NCBI RefSeq assembly: GCF_006345805.1
Contig: NC_042999.1
Span: 107,384,001 to 107,448,000 of the forward strand
From: Octopus sinensis
Taxonomy: Eukaryota
Direction of reading: 5' to 3'
Length of the DNA stretch: 64,000 bases
Shown here piece after piece: positions 47,210 through 60,914 of this stretch. The translations under genes were made by a program, and so were the position numbers. A model generated the notes under the pieces. The model worked only from the letters and a program-made list of their open reading frames with translations. It did not search any database and was not told the DNA's origin. Every line of letters starts with the position of its first letter. Position 1 is the stretch's first letter.

Positions 47210-47365
47210 TTGTTTTCAGCTTTTGGCACAAAGCCAGCAATTCTGGGAGAGGGGTTAAGTCGATTACATCAACCCCAGTGCTCAACTAGTATTTATTTTA
47301 TTGACCTCAAAAGGATGAAAAGCTAAATTGACCTTGGCAGAATTTGAACTCAGAATGTAAAGACT
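47210..47365 (-). mobile_element. 5'-truncated SINE family B
   Basis: ttttggcacaaagccagcaatt..aagtcgattacatc..aatttgaactcagaatg. Confidence 0.8.
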
Positions 47366-48054
47366 AACATTTGTCATACAGGAAGTGGATGGAAATCCAT
47401 AGTACGTGTATATACATGTGTGTGTGTGTGTATACACAAAAATATGCATACGTATGTATGTATATATATTTGTAGTTGTATGTTTGTATTTCTGTTTATG
47501 ATTGTATTCTATAACTTAATTTGCCAAACAGGCACCAATAAATGAGTTATAAAACTAAATACTAGAGCCAATATGACTGACTAAACATTTGAAGTATTGC
47601 CCCAGCATGGTCACAGTCCTACCAACGATTGTAACCAGTAAAAGACAACATAATGTGTGTGTTTGAAAATAGTCTAGAATAAAATATCTGAAAGCAATTT
47701 GAACTCTTGATCCATGTCATATCAGCCAAAAGCCTTATCTGCTTCATCACTTCTTCTTTATACAATATTAAGCTTTGAGATTACATCACTGAAATCAGAG
47801 AAAGCTGTCATCTGTTACAAAGCCAGGCTTGCCCAAATAAAGAATAAAATCTCTATCAGAGGGTAGATTGTATGAATTTAGGATCAAGATGATCGTCACT
47901 AAGCTAATCAGTTTTGCTAACTAACTCACCTGAGCCAATGTAGAAGCTTATACATAGTTTATCAGCCTAGAATTAGCCAAAAATTTCCCTCAAATTAAAC
48001 CTGTTGTCATAAAAGAGGGCATATTATATAACATAATATCTTAAATCCACCATT

Positions 48055-48460
48055 ATTATCATCATCATTTAATTAATGGGATGGCTTGACAAGAGCTAGT
48101 GGGATCAGGTGCCACACCAGGCTCCATAGTCTATTTTGGCTTGGTTTCTACAGCTGGATGCCCTTCCTAATGTCAGCTACTTTACAAAGTGTACTGCTTT
48201 TTGCATGGCACCGTCACAAGTGCTTTATACATGGTACATGGCACCATCACTAGTGCTTTTTACATGGCACCAGCACCAGTGCTTTTTATGTGGCACCTTG
48301 ATGCTGTTGTGGTAGGCAGGTCTTCTTGAGTATAGCAATGCACCGTATATCTCAGTTCTTACTTAGCTCCTTTGTAAGATTCAGTGTTTAGAGACTAGCC
48401 TTCAATAATTTATCCCATATCTTCTTGGGTCTCCCTCCACCACTACTTCCCTCCACATCA
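48055..48460 (-). mobile_element. Older family E / RTE 3' end
   Basis: tttctacagctggatgcccttcctaatg, tandem gtgctttttacatggcacc units, then the reverse complement of GGRPKKIWDKLLK. Confidence 0.78.
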
Positions 48461-48787
48461 GCTTTTAAAATGTGACAGTATGACTTGTCATGGTTAAGAA
48501 AATTTTATTATAGAACTACACAATCATAATTGACCTAAGAATTAAAAAAAATATATGTTTATTCAACCCTAGAGAAATAACACTCAAACTACAGACTCCA
48601 ATTTAAATAAGAAAATACTGTTAACTTTTATCATTGTTGTTCCTGTCAATTCCATATTGGCATTGATATATTATCTATTTATCTCCAGATGCCATATTTT
48701 GATACATGTACTCATTTTAGGTCATTACCAATTAAAAAATGATAAATTTTTTATTTCTAATTCAAAATTTCAAAATATGCACTTAAC

Positions 48788-49012
48788 TCATGGCTTAGAG
48801 GTTACAATATTCAGCTGAAAATGAGTAGTACTTGTATTCCAAAGGGCTAGCCTTGTCACATTCTGTGCCACACTGAATCTCCCTGAGACTATGTTAAGGG
48901 TACATATGTCTGTGGAGTGCTCAGCCATTTGCCCATTAATTTCATGAGCAGGCTGTTTTGTTGATTGGATCATCTGGAACCCTCATTGTCATAACCGACC
49001 TTGTGTCATCTA
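48788..49012 (+). mobile_element. Internally deleted SINE (family C-type head fused to a distinct 3' body)
   Basis: catggcttagaggtta..cagctgaaaatgagtagtac..gccttgtcaca..; TSD cacttaac at 48780-48787 and 49013-49020. Confidence 0.75.
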
Positions 49013-50735
49013 CACTTAACAAAAAACAGAAACATTAAATAATGTTATCTCTGCTTTACAACAAGCTGGGATGGTCATAGCAAGATCACCTGCAAACATA
49101 ATTCTGCTCATTTAGTACTGACCCAGGGCTAAATAAAATTGCCAAAACAACAGAAGGAAGACTCTAAGTTATCAAGCAATTTGCCTGAAATAGCATCAAA
49201 ATCTTTCTCAAATCACACTTTACAGTCAAAGACAAAACAGGAGACATTAGATAATGTGTAGACTGGCATACACCGTCTGAAAATACAATGAAATGGTTAC
49301 ATCTGGAATGCCTTTGATTAAAGGCCAGCTCAAACAAGGCTGACTTGGGACTATAGAACAACAGCAATAAATAAGGTTCGTAGAGCCTGATTTATTCAGT
49401 CCACTCCAGATGTATGAGAATTGCATATGGTCTGAAAGGGGTAATTCAGTAAGCCATTTTGGCAATTATATTATAAATCAACCAAGAAAACAGAAATTAA
49501 ATCAATAAAAAAAAAGTAATCTACATTAACCTTAGCACAATTATATCAAACAAACATGTTACAACAATTCACTGTTTTATTTATTTAAGACTGGATGTTA
49601 AATTTAAAATGACACTTAACAGGGTAATGATCAACCTTCTTCGTGATCACTCCAAAAATATGTGACAACCAAAACACTCTAAAATCACATCCTATCACTT
49701 CTATCCTCTTCAAGATAAATCAGAAGATTAAAATTGGTAATGTACTTCTGTATATATGGCGCCTGTGAAAAACGATCAGATGGTCATGACAGAAACACTT
49801 CTGATTATAGGTCTTCTGGTTGAGAGCTCATCTGGACCTATAACAACAGGTTTATAGAGAAGTCCTGTTTAGTTGTGCCACGTAGAGGTTCCTTTGTTGG
49901 CTAGAAATAGCAACCAAATATTCCTCATATTTATACACTACCATTTTAAATAAAGAACATATTAGACAATGTAGTCCCTGATATTCTAGATTCTAGGTTT
50001 GATCCTATTGCGTGACATTTTGGACAAGTGTCTTCAACTGTAGCTTTGAGTTGATCATTCAATACTCAGTGGATGCAATTTGGCAAGCAGAACTATCCAT
50101 CATATGTGCATGTTTTTATATGTGTTTACATGTATGTGACTGTCTTTTTTCCTAATGTATATTTATGAAAAATGTAAACGTTAGCAAGAAAACCGATTCA
50201 TCATTAATTTTGAAACAAAACTCCCTTATGATACTCACTCTGCATGAGTTACATAGATAGCCCCTGGTCATATGCACAGTTTCAGTGCAGTAAATACATG
50301 ATTCACCCAATGGAAGCCTGTAATCAACTATGTTATTCTTCACAAAATAGGGGAAAAATATAAATGGAATATATACACATAGTATATTACTGAAATAGAG
50401 AGATAAACTAACTATATTATACAAACAAGGGAAACTCAAATCCGGTTATTTGAGTTTCATACCAAGACATTGGTATGAAATTATTTTGGCCATTGATTAG
50501 TAATTGATGGCCATGCCATTGTCCATTAGTTGTCTTGTGAAGCCACAACAGGAGAAACAACTGGTACTACCCAAAATAAACAGTGGTAGCAGGGAGTGTA
50601 AGTTCAGTAATACAGAAAGGTGGCTTATTCTGAAGAGCTCACTGGACCTTACCATTTTTAAATATTAAGAGTTTAAATGTTAAAAGTGAAACTTTGGAAG
50701 CTGCCTTCATACCATGAAGTAAATCCCCCAGAACT

Positions 50736-51042
50736 TTTTTTTTTTGTTCCTTCTCGAGCCATGCCTGGCTCATAAGGGCCGGTTTCCCAGTTTCTTTGGC
50801 GTATAGGTTCCCCATCTGGACGGGACACCAGTCCATCACAGGTGAGCTGCAAGATGCAGGAGGAAAGAGTGAGAGAAAGTTGTGGCAAAAGAGTCAGCAG
50901 AAGTTCGCCATTACCTTCCGCTGGAGCCGTGTGGAGCTTAGGTGTTTCACTCATAAACACATACATCACCCAGTCTGAGATTCAAACTCATGATCCCTCA
51001 ACCGCAAGTCTGCTGCTCTAACCACTAGGCCATGTGCCTCCA
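50736..51042 (-). mobile_element. SINE family D
   Basis: Reverse complement of 18340-18622; near-TSD aatcccc(c)aga(a/g)ctt on both sides. Confidence 0.92.
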
Positions 51043-52260
51043 ATCCCCAGAGCTTAGTATTCAACTACACAAATTCAACAAGAGATTCTATGAAATTTTA
51101 TGTTTTATGAATTATTAATGCTAATTATTTTTATTAATTATATCAATCATATCCAATTACACAGATTTGTATATATATATGTATGTAGGATCCTGTGTAT
51201 GTGGGTATATACATATGTATATGCCTATATGTGTGCATGTGTATTATTTAAAATATGTATGTCCATTTTATTTACATTTTTACACTTCTAAATTAGTTTT
51301 ATATGCTTCTATAATTTTTATGCATTATTATTTTATAATAATGCATTTTTATGCATCATTATTTTATATTAAGACATTTTTATGCATTATTGTTTGTGAG
51401 TGGATGAGAGAGCAGCACACACCATCAAAGTGATGCTGGGGTATAAATATACAAAGCCCAATATACCCATCTGATAAGGGTTCACCAAGCACATGCATCA
51501 CAATCATATGTGATTAACATGATGACTTCATATCAAGATAATGAGTAGCCCATCCCACTCAAAAGGTCCTTGAATAAGAAATGTTTAAGGATGATGAGCA
51601 AAACACGTTTCCAGGGGTGAACTGTTCAAACCCCGCAAAGTCCCTCTCAGCACATGGCTATATGTGTGTATGCATGTGTGTATATCCATATATATATATA
51701 CATACCATGTATATATGTGTGTGGTGTGTGCATAAACACATACACAAATGCACAAACACACAAACACACACACATACACACATATATGTATATATTTCAG
51801 GCAGAAGTAACAAGAAAGAAATATCTAAGAATATTTCTTAATAAAATCAATAATACAATTTCTCTTACATGTTTCTTTCTTAGAGCCATGCACTTCATCT
51901 TTCATCTTGTGATAAAAAAAAAACAAACAGTAGGATAAGCCAGCTGGATTATCATGTCAACATAGAAGCTTTTCTTTTATAACTTTCTAATTTTCCCACA
52001 AAGGAGCTTTAAATAAAATAGTTTTGCCATCTGGATTTTAGTTTTTGTTTGTTTTATATATGCATTTATTTTATATTTTAACCATTTTTATCATAGATTT
52101 TTTTTCATGATTGAGATGTTGTAGTTGATGATGTTTAGTTCTTGATCACTCATGACTAAGCAAACTTTATGATCACATGTATTTCAGAGTTGACCATCTT
52201 ATCATGGGAGGGGGGAGGGGGTCACATTATGGAATATGTTCTTCCTACTGTTAAACCAAC

Positions 52261-52490
52261 AGAGGCATGTGGCCTAGTGGTTTGGATGTTAGACTCATGA
52301 TTGCAAGACTGTGGTTTCAATTCCTGGACTGGTGGCTGTTGTGTTCTTAAGCTAACACTTAATTTCACATTGCTCCAGTGAACTACACTGCAATGGACTG
52401 TTGTCCCATCCAGGGGGTAAAAATATGTATATACCACAGAAACAGGGAAACCGACCCTTGTCAGCTCATAGGACACAAGAAAGATGCTTT
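52261..52490 (+). mobile_element. SINE family C (deleted, diverged)
   Basis: gaggcatgtggcctagtggtt..gtttcaattcctgg..gcaatggactgttgtcccatccagg. Confidence 0.8.
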
Positions 52491-53432
52491 ATCATTTATC
52501 CTTAATATTAAGCCACTAAGGTGTGAGTTGAGGAAGATTTGATAGCTGTTTCTAGCTGATCGAGCAACCATTAAGAGGGTTTTCCATTGGCTTATATTGT
52601 TCCTGATTGATGGTTAATGTATGTTTGTGTGCAAATGAAGAAAGATCACAAGAGTCTGAAAAGGAATTTATTTCTATTTCATTAAGAGAGAAAGAAAGAG
52701 AAAGAAAGTCTTTTCACTCAGCAACATCAGATAAAGGTTCTTTGTGGGGGGAAAAAAACATAATTAATATTTTGATGGATTTTAGTAAATTATAATCAAA
52801 TGGAATTAATACTGAAAAGGAATGGTTTCTATTTAATGAAGAAGGGATCGCAATCTTCTCAACAAATGAACAAGCAAACATTCATGTTCATCTTAATTAT
52901 GTAGGGTTAGCAGAGTGTGGCTGTCAATTAGGAAAGACATTTGAATGGATTTAGTTGTCAATATAACACTAATTATTCCTATTGATGCTAAAAGACTAAA
53001 AAAAAAATGTCAAAGAGAATAGAAGGAGGATAACAAAATTGAGTTTTAAAAAGAGAAAAAACCTGGAAATTTCATTAAATTCAATGAATAAAATGAATAA
53101 TATTAAATAAAATGGACAATTGTAAATGTTAATTAACATCATTTTAATCAAATCCTTACAAAGTCTATTCTGATATTCTGCAAGGACCACAATCCTGTGA
53201 AAGATTTCAGCATTTTCCAATATCAACCTGACATAAGCCAACATATGATGATGACAAATAACGTTTACCAGCAATTAGTCTAATAGCCAATACTTGAATT
53301 GTGGGATTTGGATGGGTTGCATGGGTAAGAAATATTTATTAATAGAAATATTAATTAAAATGGTTTATGGAGATCCAAATATTTGAATGCGTAATGAATT
53401 ATATATGTTATATATATATAGTGTTGTATATA

Positions 53433-53496
<64 letters not shown>

Positions 53497-53498
<2 letters not shown>

Positions 53499-53752
53499 TG
53501 AAGTATATTTGCCACTTAAATGTGGCTAACCCTTAAGGGTGGATGCTACTGTAGCTTGTAGCCCCAGGAGGACACCTCCTCCAGCTGGCTATTGACACAC
53601 TTCTGTGTCCTATCAGTATTTGCAAAGGGAAGCCATCCTTCCCATCTTCAATCTGACATGATACACATTAACTCGAGTTTCTGGGTATTGACCCGTCATC
53701 AGCGTATGACAATCACCAATTGCTGATGAAAGGTGGGTTCCCTTTGCAAATA
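53497..53752 (-). mobile_element. Penelope-like terminal element carrying a hammerhead-like motif, inserted next to (TA)n
   Basis: Minus strand: catacgCTGATGAcGGGTcaatACCCaGAAActcgagTT; enclosed by the inverted repeat tatttgcaaagggaagccatcctt / aaggtgggttccctttgcaaata. Confidence 0.6.
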
Positions 53753-54324
53753 TATATCTTTTTTCCAATGACAAAAAGTCACTGATATTGAAAAAATATA
53801 AACAAGCAATAATAAACGATGTCGTGCAGCTACAGTTTATACCTCACCCAAAGATTTATTATTGCTTGTATATATATATAAAGTATTTTTCTCATGACTC
53901 AAATTTACTATCCATGTGATCATCAGGCACATATATTCTAGTTTCACAGTGATGGGAAATTAGGGTCATGAGAAAAATAACTAAGCTTAAATAAATCATA
54001 TATTCAATATTATGTATTGAGAACTAACAACTGCTTCCATTTCAAATTGTAATATTTCAATGCACTATGCAATTTTTCATATACATAAATACATTCCTCT
54101 CACCTGTTATTGCCTGTCCACATTCTTCTTATATGTGTATATTATATAGATATATATATTTACATATATATATACTTATACACATATATATCTATATCCA
54201 TATGTATACATAAATTCATACATACACAAATTCATAAATACACACACACATATACATGTTTATAAACACATTCTCTGTGCATTTTCAATTTCATTTATTT
54301 CTTCTGTTCTATGCATATGTGTAT

Positions 54325-54455
54325 GTATACATACATACATACATACATACATACATACATACATACATACATACATACATACATACATACATACTTACTT
54401 ACTTACTTACTTACTTACATACATACATACATACATACTTACTTACATACATACA
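54325..54455. repeat. (CATA)n/(CTTA)n tetranucleotide microsatellite
   Basis: Direct observation. Confidence 0.97.
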
Positions 54456-54734
54456 TATTTTATTTTGAGTTTAACAAGGCTACCAATGGTTTAATGTGAA
54501 GAGATCTTCCCAATTGCACAAGTGTACCACATGGAAGTGTTGGTACCCATCTTCAGTGAAATGCTTGAACAATTGTGAAGATCTCACAACATGAAACCAT
54601 TGGTTGCCTTGTTAACTTACAAATAGAAATATCTATCCACCAATACAGTGTTGAGCAGTCATTCTCATTGTTGAATATTAGCATGTGTGTGTATATATAT
54701 ATATATATACACACACAGATATATACATTTATAT

Positions 54735-54900
54735 ATATGACAGACTTCATTCAGTTTCTGTCTACAAATCCACTCACAAGATGCTGGTCAGCCCAGAGCT
54801 ATAGTAGAAATCATTTGTGCAAGGTGCTGCACAGTGAGATAGAACCTGAGTCCAATTAGTTTGGAAGCAAGCTTCTTAACCACACAGCCATGTCTGAACC
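54735..54900 (-). mobile_element. 5' half of SINE family A (degenerate)
   Basis: cagtttctgtctacaaatccactcacaag..accacacagcca. Confidence 0.75.
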
Positions 54901-56044
54901 TAAAAAGCTAATGTGTTATTTAAAATATCGGCATCAATATTAGCAATTTACTAATTATTATACAACAAATTTGCTATTAAGTAATTATTCTCTTCCTATT
55001 TTTAGTTAGATATTACTATTTCAGACTTTTGTGAAATTTCAGTGACCAGTTCATTGATATCAGCTGCATTAGTAGGAAATGATTGATTAATTAATTAATT
55101 AATTAATTAATTGTGCATGTTATTTGTGCTGTTGTTGTTGTTGCTTTAGATCAACTCTGACGGATAATCATACATATTGAGGCTGTTGCCATTCCATCTT
55201 ATTTTCAAGTATAGTATTCTCAGACTACATTACCTAATGTCCTTCCCATTTATTAAGATAGTAATTTCTTATTTACGGGAGCTTAGGTTACTATTTCTAG
55301 CAGGCGATGTAATCATGCAAATATTCTGTTATCAGATCATGTATGTTGTTTGTACATACAGTCACATAGATACTTTCACACACACACACACACACACACC
55401 ACACACACACACACACACATACACACACTCAACTCACTTACACAGGTAACACATTCATATTGGCAAATGCACGGTAGAATTAACAGACTATTAGCCAAAA
55501 TATCAGGTGGTGTTTGTTCACATTTCCTTATCTGTTGATTGCTTTCTCTCATTGTGGTATCGGTTAATTTAGTATCAGCCTACAGGATTCATACTGGAGT
55601 CAACACTATAAAGTAAATACTAAAAAGTAGTGGCCCAGCTTAATAACAATCTGACGAATGAAACCAATACAAGACAAAGAAAATATTTACGTTTAGTTTC
55701 ATAATTGTTGTACTTGTGGTGGCGGCGGTTTGTGTGTGTGCTTATGAGTGTGTGCATGTATGTGTGAGAGAGTGTGTGTGTGTGTGTATATACTTATATG
55801 TATTTCTACATATATGCATGTGCATGTATATATATATATAATAATAGTATGAGGAAATATTATTCCAAGCTTACAGGGAAAAATTCAATTTAGAAATACT
55901 AAATCAAATTTCACAAAATATAATATATATATATAAATTAGAAAAAAAATACCTTAAGTACCAGTTGTGTACTGGGGTGGACCTTATCAACTGGCCCCCT
56001 CTCCAAAAATTTCGGGCTTTGTGCCTCATGCCCTACATACATAG

Positions 56045-56114
<70 letters not shown>

Positions 56115-56699
56115 TTGTGTACCTGAACTCATTTATTTTTTTGGCAATATTTATCCTCTTTGATAATAATGATAATGAATGATAAATGAAGAAAATAGAA
56201 AGCAAGTAAATCAATCAGGATCCACAGAAGAAGCTTACTCATTAATTCACCATTGCCCAATAGCAGTGACCAGCATGTCTTGTCCTCCACTCACAAATGA
56301 TTGATGATAAGCTGAGGATATACATGGATATTTCCACAAAGCTCTTTCCTCGGATCTGGTTTCAAGATTTATTGAGAACAGCACACAACATACATGCATA
56401 AACTCCATCAAGCTTCTTGTCCATCTTTTTGGCCAGCATTTATGCTGATGAACTCTAACAAAGAGCTGATCTACGATGACTCTCAAGAATTCCTTTTTCA
56501 TCCAGTCAGATAGTGTAGACTTCTAAATAGTGTAGACTTCTAAATTAAGTTAATGTTAAATTTCTGCTTAATTTTTACTATGATATAGCTATTGCCTTTT
56601 CACATACAGAACCTCACTTTAAAAATAGTTTTCAGATTCATATCCCCACCGTAGAAGTGTTAAGACTGATCTTTCTGGTGGTGTAAAGCACTCAAGGTA

Positions 56700-56995
56700 G
56701 TGTCACATGAAAACGCCCATGTGATACCATATAGAAGTGCCTGTGCAGCGACATGTAAAAGCACCCATGCAGTACCACTTAAAAGTGCCCTTACAGTGCC
56801 TGTGCAGTGTCACATAAAAGCACCAAGTACACTCTGTAAAGTGGCTGGCATTAGGATCGACATCCAGCTGTAGAAACCATGCCAAAACAGACTGGAGTCT
56901 AGTGCAGCCCCCCCATCCTACCACCCCAGCTTGCCAGCTCTAGTCACACCGTCTAACCCATGCCAGTATGGACAACAGACGTTAAATGATGATGA
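56700..56995 (+). mobile_element. Family E RTE 3'UTR
   Basis: Tandem catgtaaaagcacc units, catccagctgtagaaac, gttaaatgatgatg tail. Confidence 0.8.
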
Positions 56996-58339
56996 TTTCT
57001 TTCATTCTTATTCATCCCTAAAATGTAAGGGTTAATGGAAGGATATTCTCATTACTATTCTAACAAACACATATTCCCCAAATTCATGTGTATTTTCTCA
57101 AGAACGTACCATTGCAGTTTGAGCAATTCATGCAGGTGTGTCTTCATTAGCATGTACTAACTTTTAATTCATTGTAACTTCCTTTCCCCTTCTCTCTACA
57201 TTTTTTAATGGTTTCTTAGCTTCTTTCTGCTGCCGTCTTTCCAATATTCCATCTTTATATATCATCAATACATAATATACAAAATAAAAGTTGCCTGCAT
57301 AGGCACTCAAGTGTAATATATTTATGCATATGTATGATTGTGTATGTGTGTAAATAGATATGCATATATATAATGTGTTTGTATGTGTGTGTGTTTGTGT
57401 GAGTGTGTGCTTGTATGTATGTATTGTAAGTACATGTATAAAGAAATTGCATATTTGCATTTGTACATATATATATGTGCAATTTTATTTATATATATAT
57501 ATACATATTTATTGGCATATAGATAATTATATATATACATACACAGCACATACTTATGTATATGTTTGTGTCTCGTTGAGAGAGGTAGCAATAACAGAAA
57601 AATTTTGTTGTTCATGTTAATTCCAAATGGGACTCTTTTGTTTGGAATAAAAAGGCAATACAAAGAATGGTACAGCTGGGGTTTTAGAAAAAGAAATAAC
57701 CTAAAGCATAATCTTTAACATCTACAGGTCAAGCAAGTAGAACACGAGACATCAACTTCTGCACATGTACAACTTCTTCATCTGACAATAACAACAACCA
57801 CCTAGAAATTTGATTCCAAACCAAAAAGTCTGAATAAGACAGAAATGCCATTGACTGAAAACCAATAGCTTAGTGCTAAAATATTTAATAGTGTCTTTGT
57901 TGTTATTGTTTAAATAATTCTGTTTTTCTACATAAAGCTATCTTATACATTTATTTAGTGATTCTTTCATCACTGTTTTAGCAAATATGTTAACACTATG
58001 CTTTGTTGATGAGGTCGTAGCAAGGCTGAAACATGGTAGAGTTATCTCCCATACTTGCCAAAATTATTAGAATAATATGAATCATTGAGTAATGTTATTT
58101 TATTTCTTCATCATGTAATTACTTCTGATTACCTTTGTAATATCAAATATCATCAAAAATGTTAACATTAACTTACATAAATATAAATTAAATGTTAAGG
58201 ACAATCAATCCTCCAGCTTGGAAGTAGTTATGTATTTACTTGCCCTGCTAATCATAGCATTATAGTATCCTGATCGCCCACAAATAACACCCCACTATCA
58301 GAGTTTTCCCTTAGATCACATCTGCATATTACCTCTTCA

Positions 58340-58700
58340 ATCATCATCACCATCATCGTTTAATATACGCTTTCCATGCTAGCATGGGTTGGACGATTTG
58401 ACTGAGGTCTGGCGAACCAGATGACTGTACCAGACTCCAATCTGATCTGGCAGTTTCTACAGCTGGATGCCCTTCCTAATGCCAACCACTCTGAGAGTGT
58501 AGTGGGTGCTTTTATGTGCCACCAGAACAAGGGTCAGTCAGGCAGTACTAGCAGCGGCCATGCTCAAATGGTGCTCTTTATGTGCCACCTGCACAGGAGA
58601 CAGTCCAACGGCACTGGCAACAACCTCGCTCAAATGTTTTTTTCACGTGCCACCAGCACAAGTGCCAGTAAGGCGACATAGGTAACGATCACACTCAAAT
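58340..58700 (-). mobile_element. Family E RTE 3'UTR
   Basis: catcgtttaat..ccatgctagcatgggttggacg..ggatgcccttcctaatgccaaccactctgagagtg. Confidence 0.85.
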
Positions 58701-59169
58701 GAATCATGCTTCAATATAAATTAATAAATCAACATATGGTTAATTGATCTACTAGAAATAAGAGTTACATCTCTTTCAAATCATACTTTACTGTCTTATA
58801 AAAGGGAGGATACATTGGATAATGTAGTCCATGCAACAATACATTATATTTAAAAAGCATGTAAATCCTTGTTTGATGACAAGAGGGTGAGTTATATATG
58901 TCATCATTATTTTAACGTCCACTTTTCCATGCTTTCATGGGTTAAATGGTATTTGCTGAGGCAAATTTTCTGTGGTTTGATGCTTTTTCTATCACCAACC
59001 CTTACCTTTTTCCAAGTAAGATAATATTTTCCCTATGACCAGACATGTTTTCATGGAAGATTGGAAACAACAAACACTGTTTGCATGACAGTGGCATTCA
59101 TTTACAATTACCATTGGATGTCAAGGCAAGGAGGCAAGGAGACAGTAATATGCACACACACCATCCTAT

Positions 59170-59394
59170 TGTGGTCGATGCCAGCTCCTCTGACCCCTGT
59201 GCCAGTGGTACATAAAAAGCACTCACTACACTCTCAGAGTGGCTGGCGTTAGGAAGGGCATCCAGCTGTAGAAACACTGCCAGATCAGATTGGAGCATGG
59301 TGCAGCCTCCTGGCTTCCCAGACCCCAGTCAAACTGTCTAACCCATGCCAGCAGGGAAAACGAACGTTAAATGATGATGATGATGATGATGATA
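59170..59394 (+). mobile_element. Family E RTE 3'UTR
   Basis: cactctcagagtggctggcgttaggaagggcatccagctgtag..gttaaa(tga)n. Confidence 0.85.
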
Positions 59395-59519
59395 TACTTT
59401 ATTTGTGCATTAAGTTTACCATGTCAAGAAAATATTTTAATATCTTAACAATTTTTCAAGCTGATCACATGGAGGATTGGTGTTCATCATGTGTGAGTAT
59501 ATATACATGTGTGTGAGAG

Positions 59520-59550
<31 letters not shown>

Positions 59551-60225
59551 ATGTATGTATATATGTGTGTGTGCATGTGTGTGCATGTGTGGAAGGATGA
59601 ATGGGTTGATGAGTGCATGGATAGATGGCTACACACACACACACACACATACACATACTTCTTGCAGTACCAGCTCTTGTCGATACAATCCACATGATTT
59701 CACTACAATTTGGATATGGCAGCAGAAAAATATTCATATTAATGATACTTCTGAAATTTTACCAACTACCAAAGAATTGTCATGTCAACTTAATAAAAAG
59801 TAACCCTAAATTTTCAAAAAGTTGCAGATTCTGACAGAACATAACCTAAAACGAAAACTTGAGACTAAATTTGTGAAACAGAACCAGAATTGTACAGTAC
59901 ACCTACCCTCTGATTTTTTCTTTTAATTTTTGTAAAATTACCTTGAGTTACTCTACTTTAAATGTTGGAGATTATGATATCTCAAAAAACTTCCACAAAT
60001 TCAATTTTATTCAACACTGATTTCTCCATTTAATATTAGCCCCAACCTTAATTACAAACCTGAATCCATAAACTTTAATCCAAATTCCCAAAGCCTAACC
60101 TTTTTTTTTTCCTTTTGTAAAATCTTAATTTACAGTTTTTGAATCATAGAAATCCAGAGAAATTTCTCATAAAATTTTTTTTTTAAATCAGAAAGTTACT
60201 TGGTTGAAAGTGTTTATAACACACA

Positions 60226-60256
<31 letters not shown>

Positions 60257-60479
60257 CACGGTTATTGATATAATTGGCTTAAGATACAGTGTGAATCTAG
60301 GGATGGGAGGTTCGCATGAAACTTTTGGCCTTTCAGTCATTATATACTCATATTTTGAGCTCTGTTTTCTGGTTTGCATCACCAAAACTCGCGTGTGTAT
60401 GTGTGTGTGTGCGTGTGTGCACATGTATGTATGTGTACATATGTATGTGTGTGTGTGTACATATGTATATATATATGTT

Positions 60480-60800
60480 TGTCATTATTCAGTTTATTTC
60501 AAGATTTCTTGCCAATAAAGAGCCAGTTTCTAACCTAGATCCAAGTTCTCTTCATTGGAATTTCAGCATCAATAACAGAGTATTTTTGTTTGTATGTATG
60601 TATGTATGTATGTATGTGCAGATTTGTATGTTTTATGTATATATTCTCATGCATGTAGTTGCATATCTAGATATGCTCATATATATTTTAAATGATAAAC
60701 TTCTGGAAGGTTTTACAGATTTTCCCAGTTCCAGTGATGGATTGGATCAGTAGTCTTCGAATTAGCTTTCTCCTTTTTGGTTTTGTGAAGCCTAAATACG
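60480..60800. mobile_element. Probable Penelope-like terminal relic between (TATG)n tracts
   Basis: Minus strand ttccaatgaagagaacttggatctaggttagaaactgg..aataaa resembles the core-stem-GAAA layout of the other Penelope-like ends. Confidence 0.35.
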
Positions 60801-60914
60801 TATGTATGTATGTATGTATGTATGTATGTATGTATGTATGTATGCATGTATGTATGTATGTATGTATGCATGTATGTATGTATGTATGTATGCATGTATG
60901 TATGTATGTTGAAT

